A model generated the notes under the pieces. That model was not told where the DNA came from. It worked only from the letters and a program-made list of their open reading frames with translations, and did no database searches. A stretch of DNA of 64,000 bases from Amphiscolops sp. MND2022. Taxonomy: Eukaryota. Every line of letters begins with the position of its first letter. The stretch's first letter is position 1. The translations under genes were made by a program, and so were the position numbers. The DNA lies in contig OZ076409.1 in the NCBI GenBank assembly GCA_964187785.1, positions 49,540,001 through 49,604,000 on the forward strand. Reading direction: 5' to 3'. Of this stretch, positions 12,488 through 24,737 are shown piece after piece.

Positions 12488-15400
12488 ATGACTGCTTCTG
12501 GCAGACCCCCAAACAGGTACATGAAGATCTCCCAGCCCGCGAAAGTCTTGCCCCATAACAAGAGCTTCAGATGTTCGGCTTCAAGCGATAAACATCGCAA
12601 GAAAGACTACTCCCGAATACTCAAAAACTACCAAGACTCGTCTGATGACTCAGGTTACTCTTTAGATTTTTGCTTACATCATAGAAAATGTATGATAAGA
12701 TGAAAATATAAATTGATCTATCCATAGAACTCAATTTATGACAGATTGACATACTGTTAGATTTTTAAACCTTCTTGTTGAATTTTTTCTGACGCAGTCG
12801 TACAAAGACGATTGATGCTAAAAATGGAAGTCAGCACACGCAATTATATATTGAATCTGGAAAATGTAATAGTTACTTTCTGCACAAGAATTATAAAAAA
12901 ATTACAAGGTGCAAAACATATCCACAGATGTGTTTTTTGCTGGTAATCAGGGAGGTTCGCAAATAGTTTTGGTGGGTCCTCTGAACACCCACGTAAACCA
13001 AATAAAGCGTACAGAGATAAATATTAATTTAAAAAATAGAAATAATCACAGAAAAAGCACAAGTTTCTAAAAAAGGCCCAAAAACCAGGTCAACCAGAGG
13101 TGTTTCAAAGAAATTTTTCTCTGATTCTAGTTTTCTTTTACAAATTAACCAACTGATCTGGTAAAAAACTGGGGCTAGCCAAAAAACTAGGGTCAAATTC
13201 CAATTTTTCACAATTTTAGAGCACTTTGTTTCAGGCTAATCTGACGTATTTTTCGCAAAAATTCTTAAATTACATTTGAGGCGCCAATAATGCCTATAAA
13301 TGATACTCAGCTCTTTCAAACAACTATGACAGATCGCAAAATTTTCGATTTGGTCCCATCTCTGCCCTTTTTTAGTAGATCGCAATTTACTTCGAATATA
13401 TTGTCAAAAGCTCAGATATCGCGTTGTGGGCCATATAACCTCAAAATTTGAATACAGCGTGGAATTGGTGTCCTTTCATTGAACTTCTGCCTCCTCAGTA
13501 GTGAAACGCAATATTGTTATTTTCCGACCCCACATTTTTTAAATGGGGGACGAAAATCATGGTTCATGATGCGTTTTTTTTCCAAATTCAGCCAAATTTG
13601 ACTCACTTGAGTCACCAGACTATTTTAGTTACTTGACTATTTTAGTTACTTGACTATTTCAGTTACTTGACTATTTTATGGGAATAATATCTAAATTCAA
13701 AAAAGAATAAAATCTAAAGGGAAAAAGATCTAAAATTTCAGGACGAGAATAAAATTTCTATTCCCCCCTCCCAAAATAGTTATGGCTCAGTTGGCGAAGG
13801 CGAAGAGGGCGGAAAATATCCCGATGCTTAGCGGGCGTCTTCTTTGAATATACTTTGAGAAATTCGGATAAAGCGCATTATATACATATACCTATACATT
13901 CTCTTTAGTGAGATGCAAAAACACGAAAAATTTGCTGACTGAATCAGTGGCTCGAACCCGCGACCGCTGGGTTCGCACTAAATCGAATGACCCCTACACC
14001 AAAAAGTAGTACATAAAGAGTGAGCTCGTTTGTCTGACGAAAAAAAAGCAAAACAGGAAGGTAAGAAATCGGCTATATCTAAGGCTCAAAAAGCGTAGTT
14101 TTTGAAATATGCGTAGGTCGTTTCCATGAAAAACTCTTGTTTTCGAAACTCCGCCTCCTCCTGAATAAAACGCAATATAGTTCGGATATTAAGTCAAAAA
14201 TCTGGATAGTATTGAATAAAAATTATGGGATATATTTTGACAAAACCTAATATCAGAAAAAAATGACATTTTTGAAACCGTCTTATAGTGCCGAAAAATC
14301 TGAAAGGGGACCGTTTCGTTGCAAAATAACAAAAAACCCTTTGAAGACATTGAAAATTTTTTGGAAAAGTCTCACAGTGCCAAATAAAATTGAAAGGGGG
14401 GACCCTTTAGTGTCGTCCGGGTTTGTAGGTGACGTTAAAAAAGTAAAAAATGAAAGAGGGACCATTTGCGCTAAGCTTCCACCCGTCGGACTTGGCCTCA
14501 GTAGTTTTAGTAGTTTCTGTGAAAAGTGGACCGATCAGTGTGATCTGGTGAAAAAAAGGGTCACTGTAAGAGTCGGACTTTTTTCCTTTAAAGGAAAATG
14601 CGCTGAATAAAAAAAGGGTGACTGTAATAGTCGGGCATTTTTTGCTAAACAAAAAGCGCCGACTAAAAAAGAACCAAGCGAGGACGGCCCAAGTCGGCGC
14701 CCCGCGAATAACACGGTTCCAAACAGTTTAAAAAATTTATTATGCAACAGGACACTATTGCTATATTTTTATGACTCGAAAACTTTTGCTTCAACTGGAA
14801 ACAACAAAAACCCACTTCTTTTTGAGAAAAAATCCAATATTTTTTCTTTCAGAAAAAGCCTCATGATGCCAAAAACCCAAAAAGAGAACCATTGAATTCG
14901 CCAAAAACTTATTACAAACCAAAAACTTTCTGAAAAGTGAAAGACGTACCATTTTACCGATAGAGAAAAGGTCGCACAGTGCCCATAAAGATGGTTTTTT
15001 GCACAAATATTGAGAAAACTCTCATCAGTCTCACAGGACTAAAAAATTATCAGAGGTTGCACTTAAAACTAGAAAAACGGTTTGCTTAACCAAAAACCTC
15101 TCAAAAACAAGAAAAAATGAATTATTTTTTGGAAAAAAATTCCAAAAATGTCTCCGGTAAATCGCATAGTGCCGAAAACTTTAAGGAATCCTCAACGCTC
15201 GCAAAACGGTTTGTTTGTAGTAAAAATTGATGTGTGCTTCGATAAAGACAAATTAGAAAAAAGTCGCATAGTACCGAGAAATAGCCGGTCTTAAAAAAAT
15301 TCGGAATGTACCGCAATATTTTCGATATAGCGCAACCTCGGCGTCCTCCTTAGTAATTTACGCAATTTACTTCAGATATATCATCAAAATTTCGGATATC

Positions 15401-18400
15401 GCTTGTCAAAAACGCCCATTATAAACACAATTCAATTTGAATAGCTCAAAATGGTAGCCATTGGCAACATTCAAGCTAACAGGCTGAATGAACCAGCTAG
15501 AACTGTCCAATACCACATGCAGAAATTGTGAGAAGGATCTTTATAAACCAAAGGCTTCTCAACAAAACGAACAAAATAATTACTAGGGGGAGTGACAGAT
15601 TTCGTCCCAAACAGATTTCGTCCCACATGGAAATTTTGACAGATTTCGTCCCACACAGATATCGTCCCATTTTTTAACATTAAAACAGATTTCGTCCCAT
15701 TTTTGACAGATTTCGTCCCAAATAATTATTATAACGTAGTCAGCTATGTTCACATACCCCTAGTGCCCTAAATGCAGGAGCGAAGCGAAGCGGAGCGACG
15801 TGCCATATGGCCATGCCTCAATGTTGCTACTTGGCGAAGGGAGCGAAGCGACCGAGCCATACAACAAATATGCTAAAATCAAGTTCCATACATATTGGCT
15901 GTAACAGCACCGAATGAAGAATCACCGAATAGATTATACCGATTAGCGCTTAATTTTGTGTTAGGCATAGAATAATTTCCCATACTATTAGTAATCCGGG
16001 ACAAAATCTGTCAAAAATGGGACGAAATCTGTCAAAAATGGGACGAAATCTGTTAAAAATGGGACGAAATCTGTTTGGGACGAAATCTGTCAAAATTCGA
16101 CGTGGGACGAAATCTGTCTGGGACGAAATCTGCCACATTCATTACTAGGACATAAATAACATGTTCAGGCGAAATGAGCAGCTGAATTTGTTTGAGATTT
16201 TTTCAGCCTTTTCTACCAGAAAAAATGGTTCCCAATGTTGGCAAAAAGTTATTTTTGGACATGTCCAAAAATAACTTTTTGCCAACATTGGGAACCATTT
16301 TTTCTGGTAGAAAAGGCTGAAAAAATCTCAAACAAATTTTCAAGCGAAGTACAAAAGTTAAAATGGATGCATCCATTTTAACTTTTGTACTTCGCTTGGA
16401 AAATACTGAACATTCTTTTTTTTTTCAAAATACTTTCAGATAATTCATATTGAATACGAAAAATTGACTACTTCATCAAAGGTTCTATGCCAGGAATTTA
16501 TTAAATTGCAATTCTGGACCATATTTCCAATTTTACCTAATCAATTTTTCCATCAGTCCGTTGTTTATTAATTATATTCCACTGCTCATCTGTCAATTTT
16601 CAAAGGAAATGAAGGCACGCCTAAGTTGGCGATGAAATTCGTGAATTAATTTTAATCAAAGGGTCTTTCAGAGACGTTAAGTCATTTTGATGGTGATTTA
16701 CTTTGAAACTGGTTTTTCTATTATTAACTACAACAAGCTAATAACATCATTGAACAGCATTTTTTGCATCACATATTTTCTTTTATTTGTTTGATGTTTC
16801 AGACCTTTAAAGTATATCCCCTGCAAAACGTGGGAAGGCCAAGCAGCCGCTCAAATGAATTCCATTTGAAAGGAAAACGAAATTTGACATGTTGCAAATC
16901 GTGAATCTAATAGTCAAAGAGCCAAATAGTGATTCAGATGCAAGTAAAAACCAAATATACAAAATAAGTATCACGTCATATTAAATATATCACAACCCCC
17001 CTCTTCTCCCCTCATTTTCTGATTGGAGCTACCACCGTCGACTGAATATAACAAAACAATCGAACACCTGTTCGGTTGTTATAAAATCCGTTTTGCTTAC
17101 GTATTGATTAAGCTTTGTTGATCGGATGCATTTTAAAATACCTTCAAAAGCTATTTATTCTAATGGCTCCCTTTCAAAAATCTTAATCTCATCGATTTTC
17201 ATTCTGGCCTATTGTTTGTCAAATACTTCACGAAAGGACCTAAAAATTTCAAACCCCCTTCACTTCACTTAACTATGGCAAGTGTTTAACTTAAATTACC
17301 AGTAACAGATGCCTGCGGGCACTTAGCCAGACTTAGTGGAAGCCAAATTTATTAAAATCTGAGTTGGAAAATATCTTCTATTATATTTTATCCAGATTCA
17401 GACGACTGTCAGTGTTACTGGTGCAATAAACACGATCTGGCTGATTATCCGGAAGAAACTACCGTCGACCAAACCGGAGCTGCTCTGGACGATGCACAGA
17501 TCCGCATATCTAATTCAGGAGGACTGAGCAGCCAGCTGCTGGACCAGTCGTTTCTAGAACCAGCTCAACGACCTTATGATTGCAAACGTGCTGTCAGCCA
17601 AACTGAACCAAATTGTGCCAACCAAAATATGATCCGAGAAGAAAACGAGCCAGAGTTGCAATCCAGGCATACGGGTTCCATGCCGATGAAAGAATTAATT
17701 GATTCTGTAGACCCACCAACTGGGGATCAAATTCCAGAGGAGGAAAAAGCTGCCCCGGATGTTAGAATCCAGTCGTCTATGAGCTCGGTGACTCACATCG
17801 ATGAGCCAGTCGCAGCTCTGGAAGACTTGGAGCCATGTTTAGAAAACGATGACGCAGAGCTACAGGTCGTAGCTGAAGCAAACGAACCCGAAGTTCTAAA
17901 TGATAATGTAATCCACGAGGACGATGAACAAAATCCAGATGTTGAGAATGAGCCACTTGTTGAGAAAGAAATGAGTGAGTCAAATGATAAAGGCAATGAC
18001 AAAATATTTGATGCTGCTGAGCAAACCCATCCCGAAATCCCAAACGAGGGACAAGCTATTTTTCCTGACAGTGTTTATGAGCCTTTCGCGAGAAAGAACT
18101 TGAAGTCTAAAACTAGTGTTCAATTCACTGCCTCGCCTCCTAGTGCTGAAAAACCTGATAGAACGGTTTCTAGAAGAACAACCAGTGCTGTTAACCCAAA
18201 ATTGGTCCATAATGAATTTGAATCACCGCAAACTGCAGTTTTCAAGTACTTTTCTCGCCAAAACAGTTTTCCCGCTATCATGCAAACCTCCACATTTGAC
18301 CCAATTAACATAACATCAGAAGACCCCGAATTTGCAAAAATTTTCAAAACTGGATGTCACAATAGCCCCGAGAGAGGTCGAAGTCCGGTAGAACCTCAAG

Positions 18401-19998
18401 CAATGGCGTTGCAAACTGACGAAGTCACCAGTGTAGAAGCGTCACCAGATGTCGGTGAGCTTGAAGCTAACATTGAGAACATAGATCCTGAGGTTGCTGA
18501 GGAACCTGAGGAAGTTGAATTGGAAGAAACGGAGCAAGATGTCCTGAAAGAAGAACCAGGTCCCAGTATTTCCAATTACGAGCAACCCAGAACCCATCGC
18601 TTTACAGTACCCATAAAGTTGCCCAAAAGTCATACTGATAGTTCACCCATAGTTACAAACCATTTCTATGACGGGTCATATGTTGCGGAATCCCCACAGA
18701 ATGGACGCGCTTCTAAATCTACAGTTTTACCCGCCTTGAAATCTTTGAACGGTAAAAAGGGCAAGTCATACTCGATTGATGAGCCAAGTAGCGGGGGAGG
18801 TATTATACTCCCAAACATTGAACCCCTAAAAGCGGGCATGGAAGGACCTCGAGGAGAACTAAGAAAGCAACTTTCATTGCATAATATGGGAAGTAGCAGT
18901 CCAACAAAGCAGAAAATTGGAGCAAACCAGCGCCAGAATTCCAATAAAGAGTCATCGCCAACAAGGCCAGAAAGACCCGAAATAAGCACCATTCGAGGTC
19001 CGCACCCGAAATGGCTGGTGAATCATAACCACTTGCAGCAGAAGCGAACTAGTATTCTATCTGAAAGTTTGCCTGTAGAGGAAAAACTATTGAAGCGACA
19101 AAGATTCATGATGCGAAGTAAGAGATTCCAAGACCCGTTGAACAACAGGTTAAGCCTAGTACCAGGTTTGACTGAGAAAGAGAACTCCTCATTCCATGAA
19201 ATCAGACAGAAGTTGGGTCAAATTGAAAACAAAATTGAGCACATAATTAAACACTCCTCACATCTCTCAAGATCAATTGACAGACCCAATTCAGATAGTT
19301 TTGTGGAAACAAATCGACAACTTCTGATTCCCAGAAACCATCAAGTTTTCCTACAACAGACTTCCATGCTAAACGGAGGACATGGAGCGTTCACTCACTA
19401 CTTTGATCACTGTAAAAACAATCGCGATGAGGATTCTTCAGCCGGGGAAGGCTTTGAAGATGACAGAAAACTCAACGTCGTCAACATTGTTTTGGAAGGT
19501 GAAAACTCCCAACCAGGAACTGAGAGACACAAAAGTTATCCCTTTTCCTTTGCAATGGAGCCTGGGAATGTTCTCCATCAAATACACCAACAATATCACC
19601 ACAGATCTTTTGCACCCAGTCAGACCCACACCCCAGTGAGCCCTAACCACAAGGTACCTCTTCTCACCCGGGCCCAGCAAGAAAACGGAGCTAAGAGTTA
19701 CATCAGTGCCACGTCACACCCCTTGCACATCCGCCAGCCTACCCAAAGTCTAGGAAACTCTTCGACACCTCCAGGACCTCCTTCCACAAACGTACCCAAG
19801 GTTCGCAGGAAAGACCAAACGTATGTGAAAAGCAGTAAAATTAACAAGACGAGCAATCAGAAAGGAAAAGCGAGTTTGACGGTGAAGATCCATAATAATG
19901 ACGACAGGGCCAGCGAGACAAGCAGTGAAGGCAATCGAACCATTGACGAGACTGTTGTCTTGAGAAGCCATGGCGAAATTGAACTGTCCCCGTGGTGA
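12488..19998 (+). CDS. Probable host gene, ~922-aa low-complexity protein of unknown function; exons 12488-12653 (tentative) and 17396-19998
   Basis: 2.6-kb open frame preceded by TTTTATCCAG acceptor; upstream ATG exon ends CAG|GT in matching phase 1; Glu/Ser/Pro-rich, no recognisable domain. Confidence 0.6.
13900..15330. repeat. Dispersed repeat family (CATAGTGCCGAAAAA / GAAAGGGGGACC motifs); related pieces near 21250-21600 and 62960-63170
   Basis: Recurring degenerate motifs and A-runs; boundaries approximate. Confidence 0.45.
15588..16140. mobile_element. Foldback-type TIR element with 9-bp TSD (Mutator/Merlin-like)
   Basis: Arrays of ACAGATTTCGTCCC on the left and inverted GGGACGAAATCTGT on the right; TSD ATTACTAGG. 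Confidence 0.82.
16185..16398. repeat. Two adjacent perfect spacerless palindromes (16185-16338, 154 bp; 16341-16398, 58 bp)
   Basis: Centres GGACATGTCC and GGATGCATCC with exact arm complementarity. Confidence 0.92.
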
Positions 19999-22900
19999 TC
20001 AAATGATTATTCGATCTTTAACTTCATCTATATCTACACAGTATCGATATTTCTTTCATACACAAAAGCATTAGATTTTCAAGCAAAAATATATATTTTA
20101 TATTCTCCAGTTTCTTGTTCAACAAAATGTATACTTCCAACAAAATGAAATAAGTAGAAATATAATATACACGAGGTGTATATGAAGAAGAATCGCGAGG
20201 TGTTTCATCAGTTTTTTTAAAAATTTACTCATTGATTTTCAAAAATATTGGATTTTTTTTATTCAACCAGAGTATTCAATTTTGGTGGAAGTTGATTGTT
20301 GATATGGTCGAAACCAAAATGCTGTAAAATTGAGAACATAAGAATGCTTATGAATAATAAGGAAGATGTGAATGAAAAAAAAACGAGAAATGATTTTTTT
20401 CTTCATCCTAGAACTTCATATGTTTCAACGGCGTTTTTATGTTCGAGGTAAAAAGGAGAAGAGGAGCAACAATGCTAAACAGCATGAAATTAGACACGTT
20501 ATACCTTTATTATTTCACACCATTGAAGGCCAATAAAATTTTTGACTATAATGAACATATAATTACATTATTTCTTATTCTACGAAGAGAAAGGCATTTT
20601 TAAATGCAACTTCTAATTTCACATGATAGGGCAGAGCAATTCAAGTTTGACAAGAGTGAAATATTGAACTATAGGTTCTAGCTATACTAATGTACCAAAA
20701 AACTAAAGTTACTTGACTTCGCTCACAAAACCCTATGTTTCAAAAAAATTCCATATAACCATTTGACAGAAAAATCTAAGAAGCAATACTGTCAAATTCT
20801 GAACAGAATTACGTGCTTTCAACCGGAAATTACAAAAGTTATAACACTTAGCTAAAATTGGCTTTTGGTTTTCCACAAACTTATCATACAATATCTCTAA
20901 AACAGTTGTTCGTAGCAAAAAATGTCAGAGACAAACTTTGCAGCTTTGATTCAGTGTTTTAATTTTTGATGTACATAAAAACCTTCCAAATATACACCTC
21001 AAGAGCGTCAAAAAAGCGAATAGCCCAAATCTTTCCGCGTATTACTGTTTTTACGAAGCTACACTAGTTCTGTTCACTTTAAAAAAAGTAATATAAGACA
21101 AAAAGTTGGAAACCTTAGGTTGGCTAGCTTTCCTCTTACGTTTTTTCGTTTCAGAAGAGAATACACTTCGACACATTCTTTAGTCAGAGCTTTTAGAATA
21201 CAAGAGCCCGACTATTCAAATGCGGCAAAATTTTTATTCCGTTTGTTCAACTAAACAAATACTTCGAAACGCATCTATGTTAGTGCAAAGGGTCTCCCTT
21301 TCATTTTTCTTTTTCTAACGTTACATTCAAAACCTTACAAGACTGAAAGGTCTCCAAAGGGCCCTTCAATTCTTTGATTATTTGCAACAAACTGAATGTT
21401 ACAAAAGCCCAAAGGTCCCATTTACCGGCATTGTGAGATTTGTCAAAATGATTACTTCTCGTCCGAAAAACTTTATATTATCTCAGCATATACCCCCTGC
21501 AATTTTTTTTCAAAACTATCAAGACAAATCGAAATTTTTTTGATAACTTTTGATTTTTCTGCATTCCAGGTATGTTTTCCGCTTTTCTTTCCCACATCCA
21601 CGAAAACATAAAACACTGACTGATTCACTTGCGATTGTTGATTTGTTAATTTTATTGTTTGCTCTTTTATTTTGATGGTATGTGTGTTGTTATTCTTTCC
21701 TAGTTCGTTCAATGGCCAATGACCCCAAGCAAGCCAGAAAGAACGAATTGATTGTGGCAGACCCAACTGACCGACTGGTGGTTTTTCGTTTTATTCTTGG
21801 AGGTCCTTCCCTGCGGCGGGTTCTCTTGAAGAATATTTGAAATCGGGAGTCAATGCTTTACTTCGCAAAATTATGCACAAGGGGTCTGCATAATGATGTG
21901 ACGCAATGTGATGTCATCTTAAACGCTCAGCAGTCGTTCTTAGGCTTACACAGGCCATCCAGGACAATGATCTGATCTAGAAAAACAATGTGATCGGGAG
22001 ATAAAGTAACATCGCTTCAAAGCTTTGTGCTTGGACACATACCTCTGAAAAAAATAGAATTGTTGGTGTTCATCAGTACTCAACTCAGCATTGTTGTAAA
22101 TCGATATAGACAAATTGAAGTATCTTGGGACTGATTCTAGCACCGAAAATATTGTCCATTGCACCGAAGACACACTCAGAAAGCTGTCGTCGGGGCCCTC
22201 TTCCTAAAATGCATCGCTGCTGAAGGTCTCCAAGGAATGTTTCTCCGCACCCATTTGGTGCAGAGTGAGCGTTTTTGTGTCTCGCAAAAGAAAAAAAGCC
22301 ACCCCTTTTAGAAAAACGTTTCGACGTCGCAAAACGGCCATTGTTTCGTCTGCTGGCAATTTTTGTCACTCGGTCCGGGTTTCTTTTCTTTTTTTTTTCG
22401 ACCGAAAATTGTTTTTATTTCTAGATCTTCTAAATGAATCTTCTTGTCAATGACATTGTTCAAGACGTAGAAGCGATATTTGGGATACTGCGTGCAGCAA
22501 AAGCAATCACTTTTGAAATGCTCGAATGGAGCGTCCTAAAAATTGAGCCCAGAGACAAGCCTAAACAGTAACATATCAAGAATCTACTGCTGGCAGCGAT
22601 TGACATAGCAACTCTTTACGATGAAAAAACTCCTAAAAGCGTGACAACAAATGAACTCGTTTCTCCCGTACGCGAAAAATGTCATCGTGCTGAGAATAAC
22701 TGAAAGCAAGCTCTGCAACTTTAATTAGTGCAAAAAAAAACTCCCCAGCCAAAACAGATTCACTCTCAACCCCGTCCATCAACTTTCACTTATTAGTTCA
22801 TGCTGTACCAACCCATTATATGACCGAAACTTCAATTCCTGTCTCTCTTGCTCAAGTTTAACAATCAGATGATTGAAAAAGTTCAACAATGAAGAAAGTC

Positions 22901-24737
22901 AATTGTCTCAAGCCAAATGTAGTAACAATGACCGTTGCTTCACTTTTTCTAATACAGGAATCGCGACCCAAATCCTGGCAATGTTACAGGATTGCCAAAG
23001 AAAATTTTTAATCTAAATCCCAGAACTTTGGCTGAGCTGAACTTGAGTTTTCTGAGAGCGGATAATTTCATAAGACAAAGATTAACATCACCAAAAAAGC
23101 AAAACTCGGTGACTAACTTTTCTGTACGACCGTCTCTCCGAGATGCTAAAATGTGATCACTTTATAAGGAAAATTTCTCAGGTGTTAGTGACGGAAACAT
23201 GATTACGTCGTGAACTTTCAGTGCTATCGTTACAAATGTTCGCGTTCAGCGTCTGTTTTGTAATTTTTCAGTTCTGAGATTTCTTATATCATTTACCCTT
23301 AATGTTAGGAAATATCACACGTCACGTAACGGTTATCCTGAAGTTTTGTCGAACCTTGTCTTTGTTTATTCAGTTTTTCCGTTTTGGTCAACTCAAGTTC
23401 CTCATTTTCCGATGAGAAACTTTCGATGATTGCACTTTTACTCGGGTTTCTCGAACTCAATTTCCCACTTATCTGAAACTCAGTTTCGAAAGATTGCAGT
23501 TTTTGTTTTTGAACTTTGGTAACTTTGTCAGACTTTTGGTTTACACCTTTTGGTTTCTTTATTCCATGCGTTTAATGCTAGAAGGTTTCTGAGATTTCAT
23601 TCCACCCTTTCTTATCAATCAGTCTGGTTAGTTTTGCAGTCTTTCCAGTTTTTCGATTTTAGTTGATTCATTTCCCCAGTTTTGCGAACAGTTGTTTCAA
23701 TTGTTTGCAGTTTTTGCTCTGTTATTACACTTTCGACTGTTAGACGTTCAATATTCTGGTTTCCTCACTTCAATGTTTCAGTAAAACTGTTGGTTTCGAT
23801 TTTTAGGTTTACCATATATTAAAATGTCTCAACATTCTAGGAAAGCCTTTTTCATTGAATTGTTATTCGATTGATCATGATTTCAGAGTGTTTTGTCAAG
23901 CATTTTTTGACGTGTTTTCTTGTTCATAGGCTTTTTAGGATCAACGTAGTTTTATAAGGTGATTCTCTGTGATGTACAATCTTTTTTTTTCAGACTAAAT
24001 CGCATTCTCATCAATCATTGAAGTGCACGAAGTCGAATCAATTGTGTCGGAAGCAAGTTTCTTCCCATACATGCAAATTGAGATGTCACATCAATTAGCC
24101 CAACGTCAATCAATATATGGCTCGAAAAGGGCGGTTTTCTACAGCGTCTTTGAAAAACTAGACTCCTTAACTGTCGTATCTCTTTGGAGGTTCATTATGT
24201 GTGCTGTGGTACTTTTTTCAGAAACGCACCACGCGTAATACATCATTTTTCAAGCAGTTTCTGCCAAACCATTTATATTAAACTCATGTACAAAAATTGA
24301 TCTGACGAAGAATAAATACTACGACCACCAGTACGCAAGAGAGTGTAATTCTTCAACTCTTTCCAAACACCGAAAACCCTTGATGTTGCCAAGAACCACT
24401 GCTGTTATAGAAGAACACGTGTTAAACAAAGTGAGTTCTACAAGGGGGTCGCATCACCTATTAAAAACCAGAACAGCATGACACCCTGATGCTAGAAAAA
24501 CTGTTTTTAACAAAATTCTCCTAGCTCATAGAGCCGATAGAAACGAATATTCTTATGCTTGGGAGGAGGAAAAAAGTTTACAATACGGATGTTTACTGAG
24601 AAAAAGTAGCGCCTAACTTTTAGGGATCACTCCGAGAGACATTACGGTTGAAATGTGTAGAAAAACTTCGAGAGACGTGACGACTGGAAAACGAAACCGA
24701 ACTAAAACGACAACTTTGAAAAATTTTCATCTCAGTT

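Noticed and set aside
16803..16945. Additional coding exon of the host gene
   Set aside because: All three frames after the TTTCAG acceptor hit stops before a convincing donor.
21946..22369. OTU-like protease remnant of a Helentron
   Set aside because: Resemblance too weak; no catalytic Cys motif could be identified.
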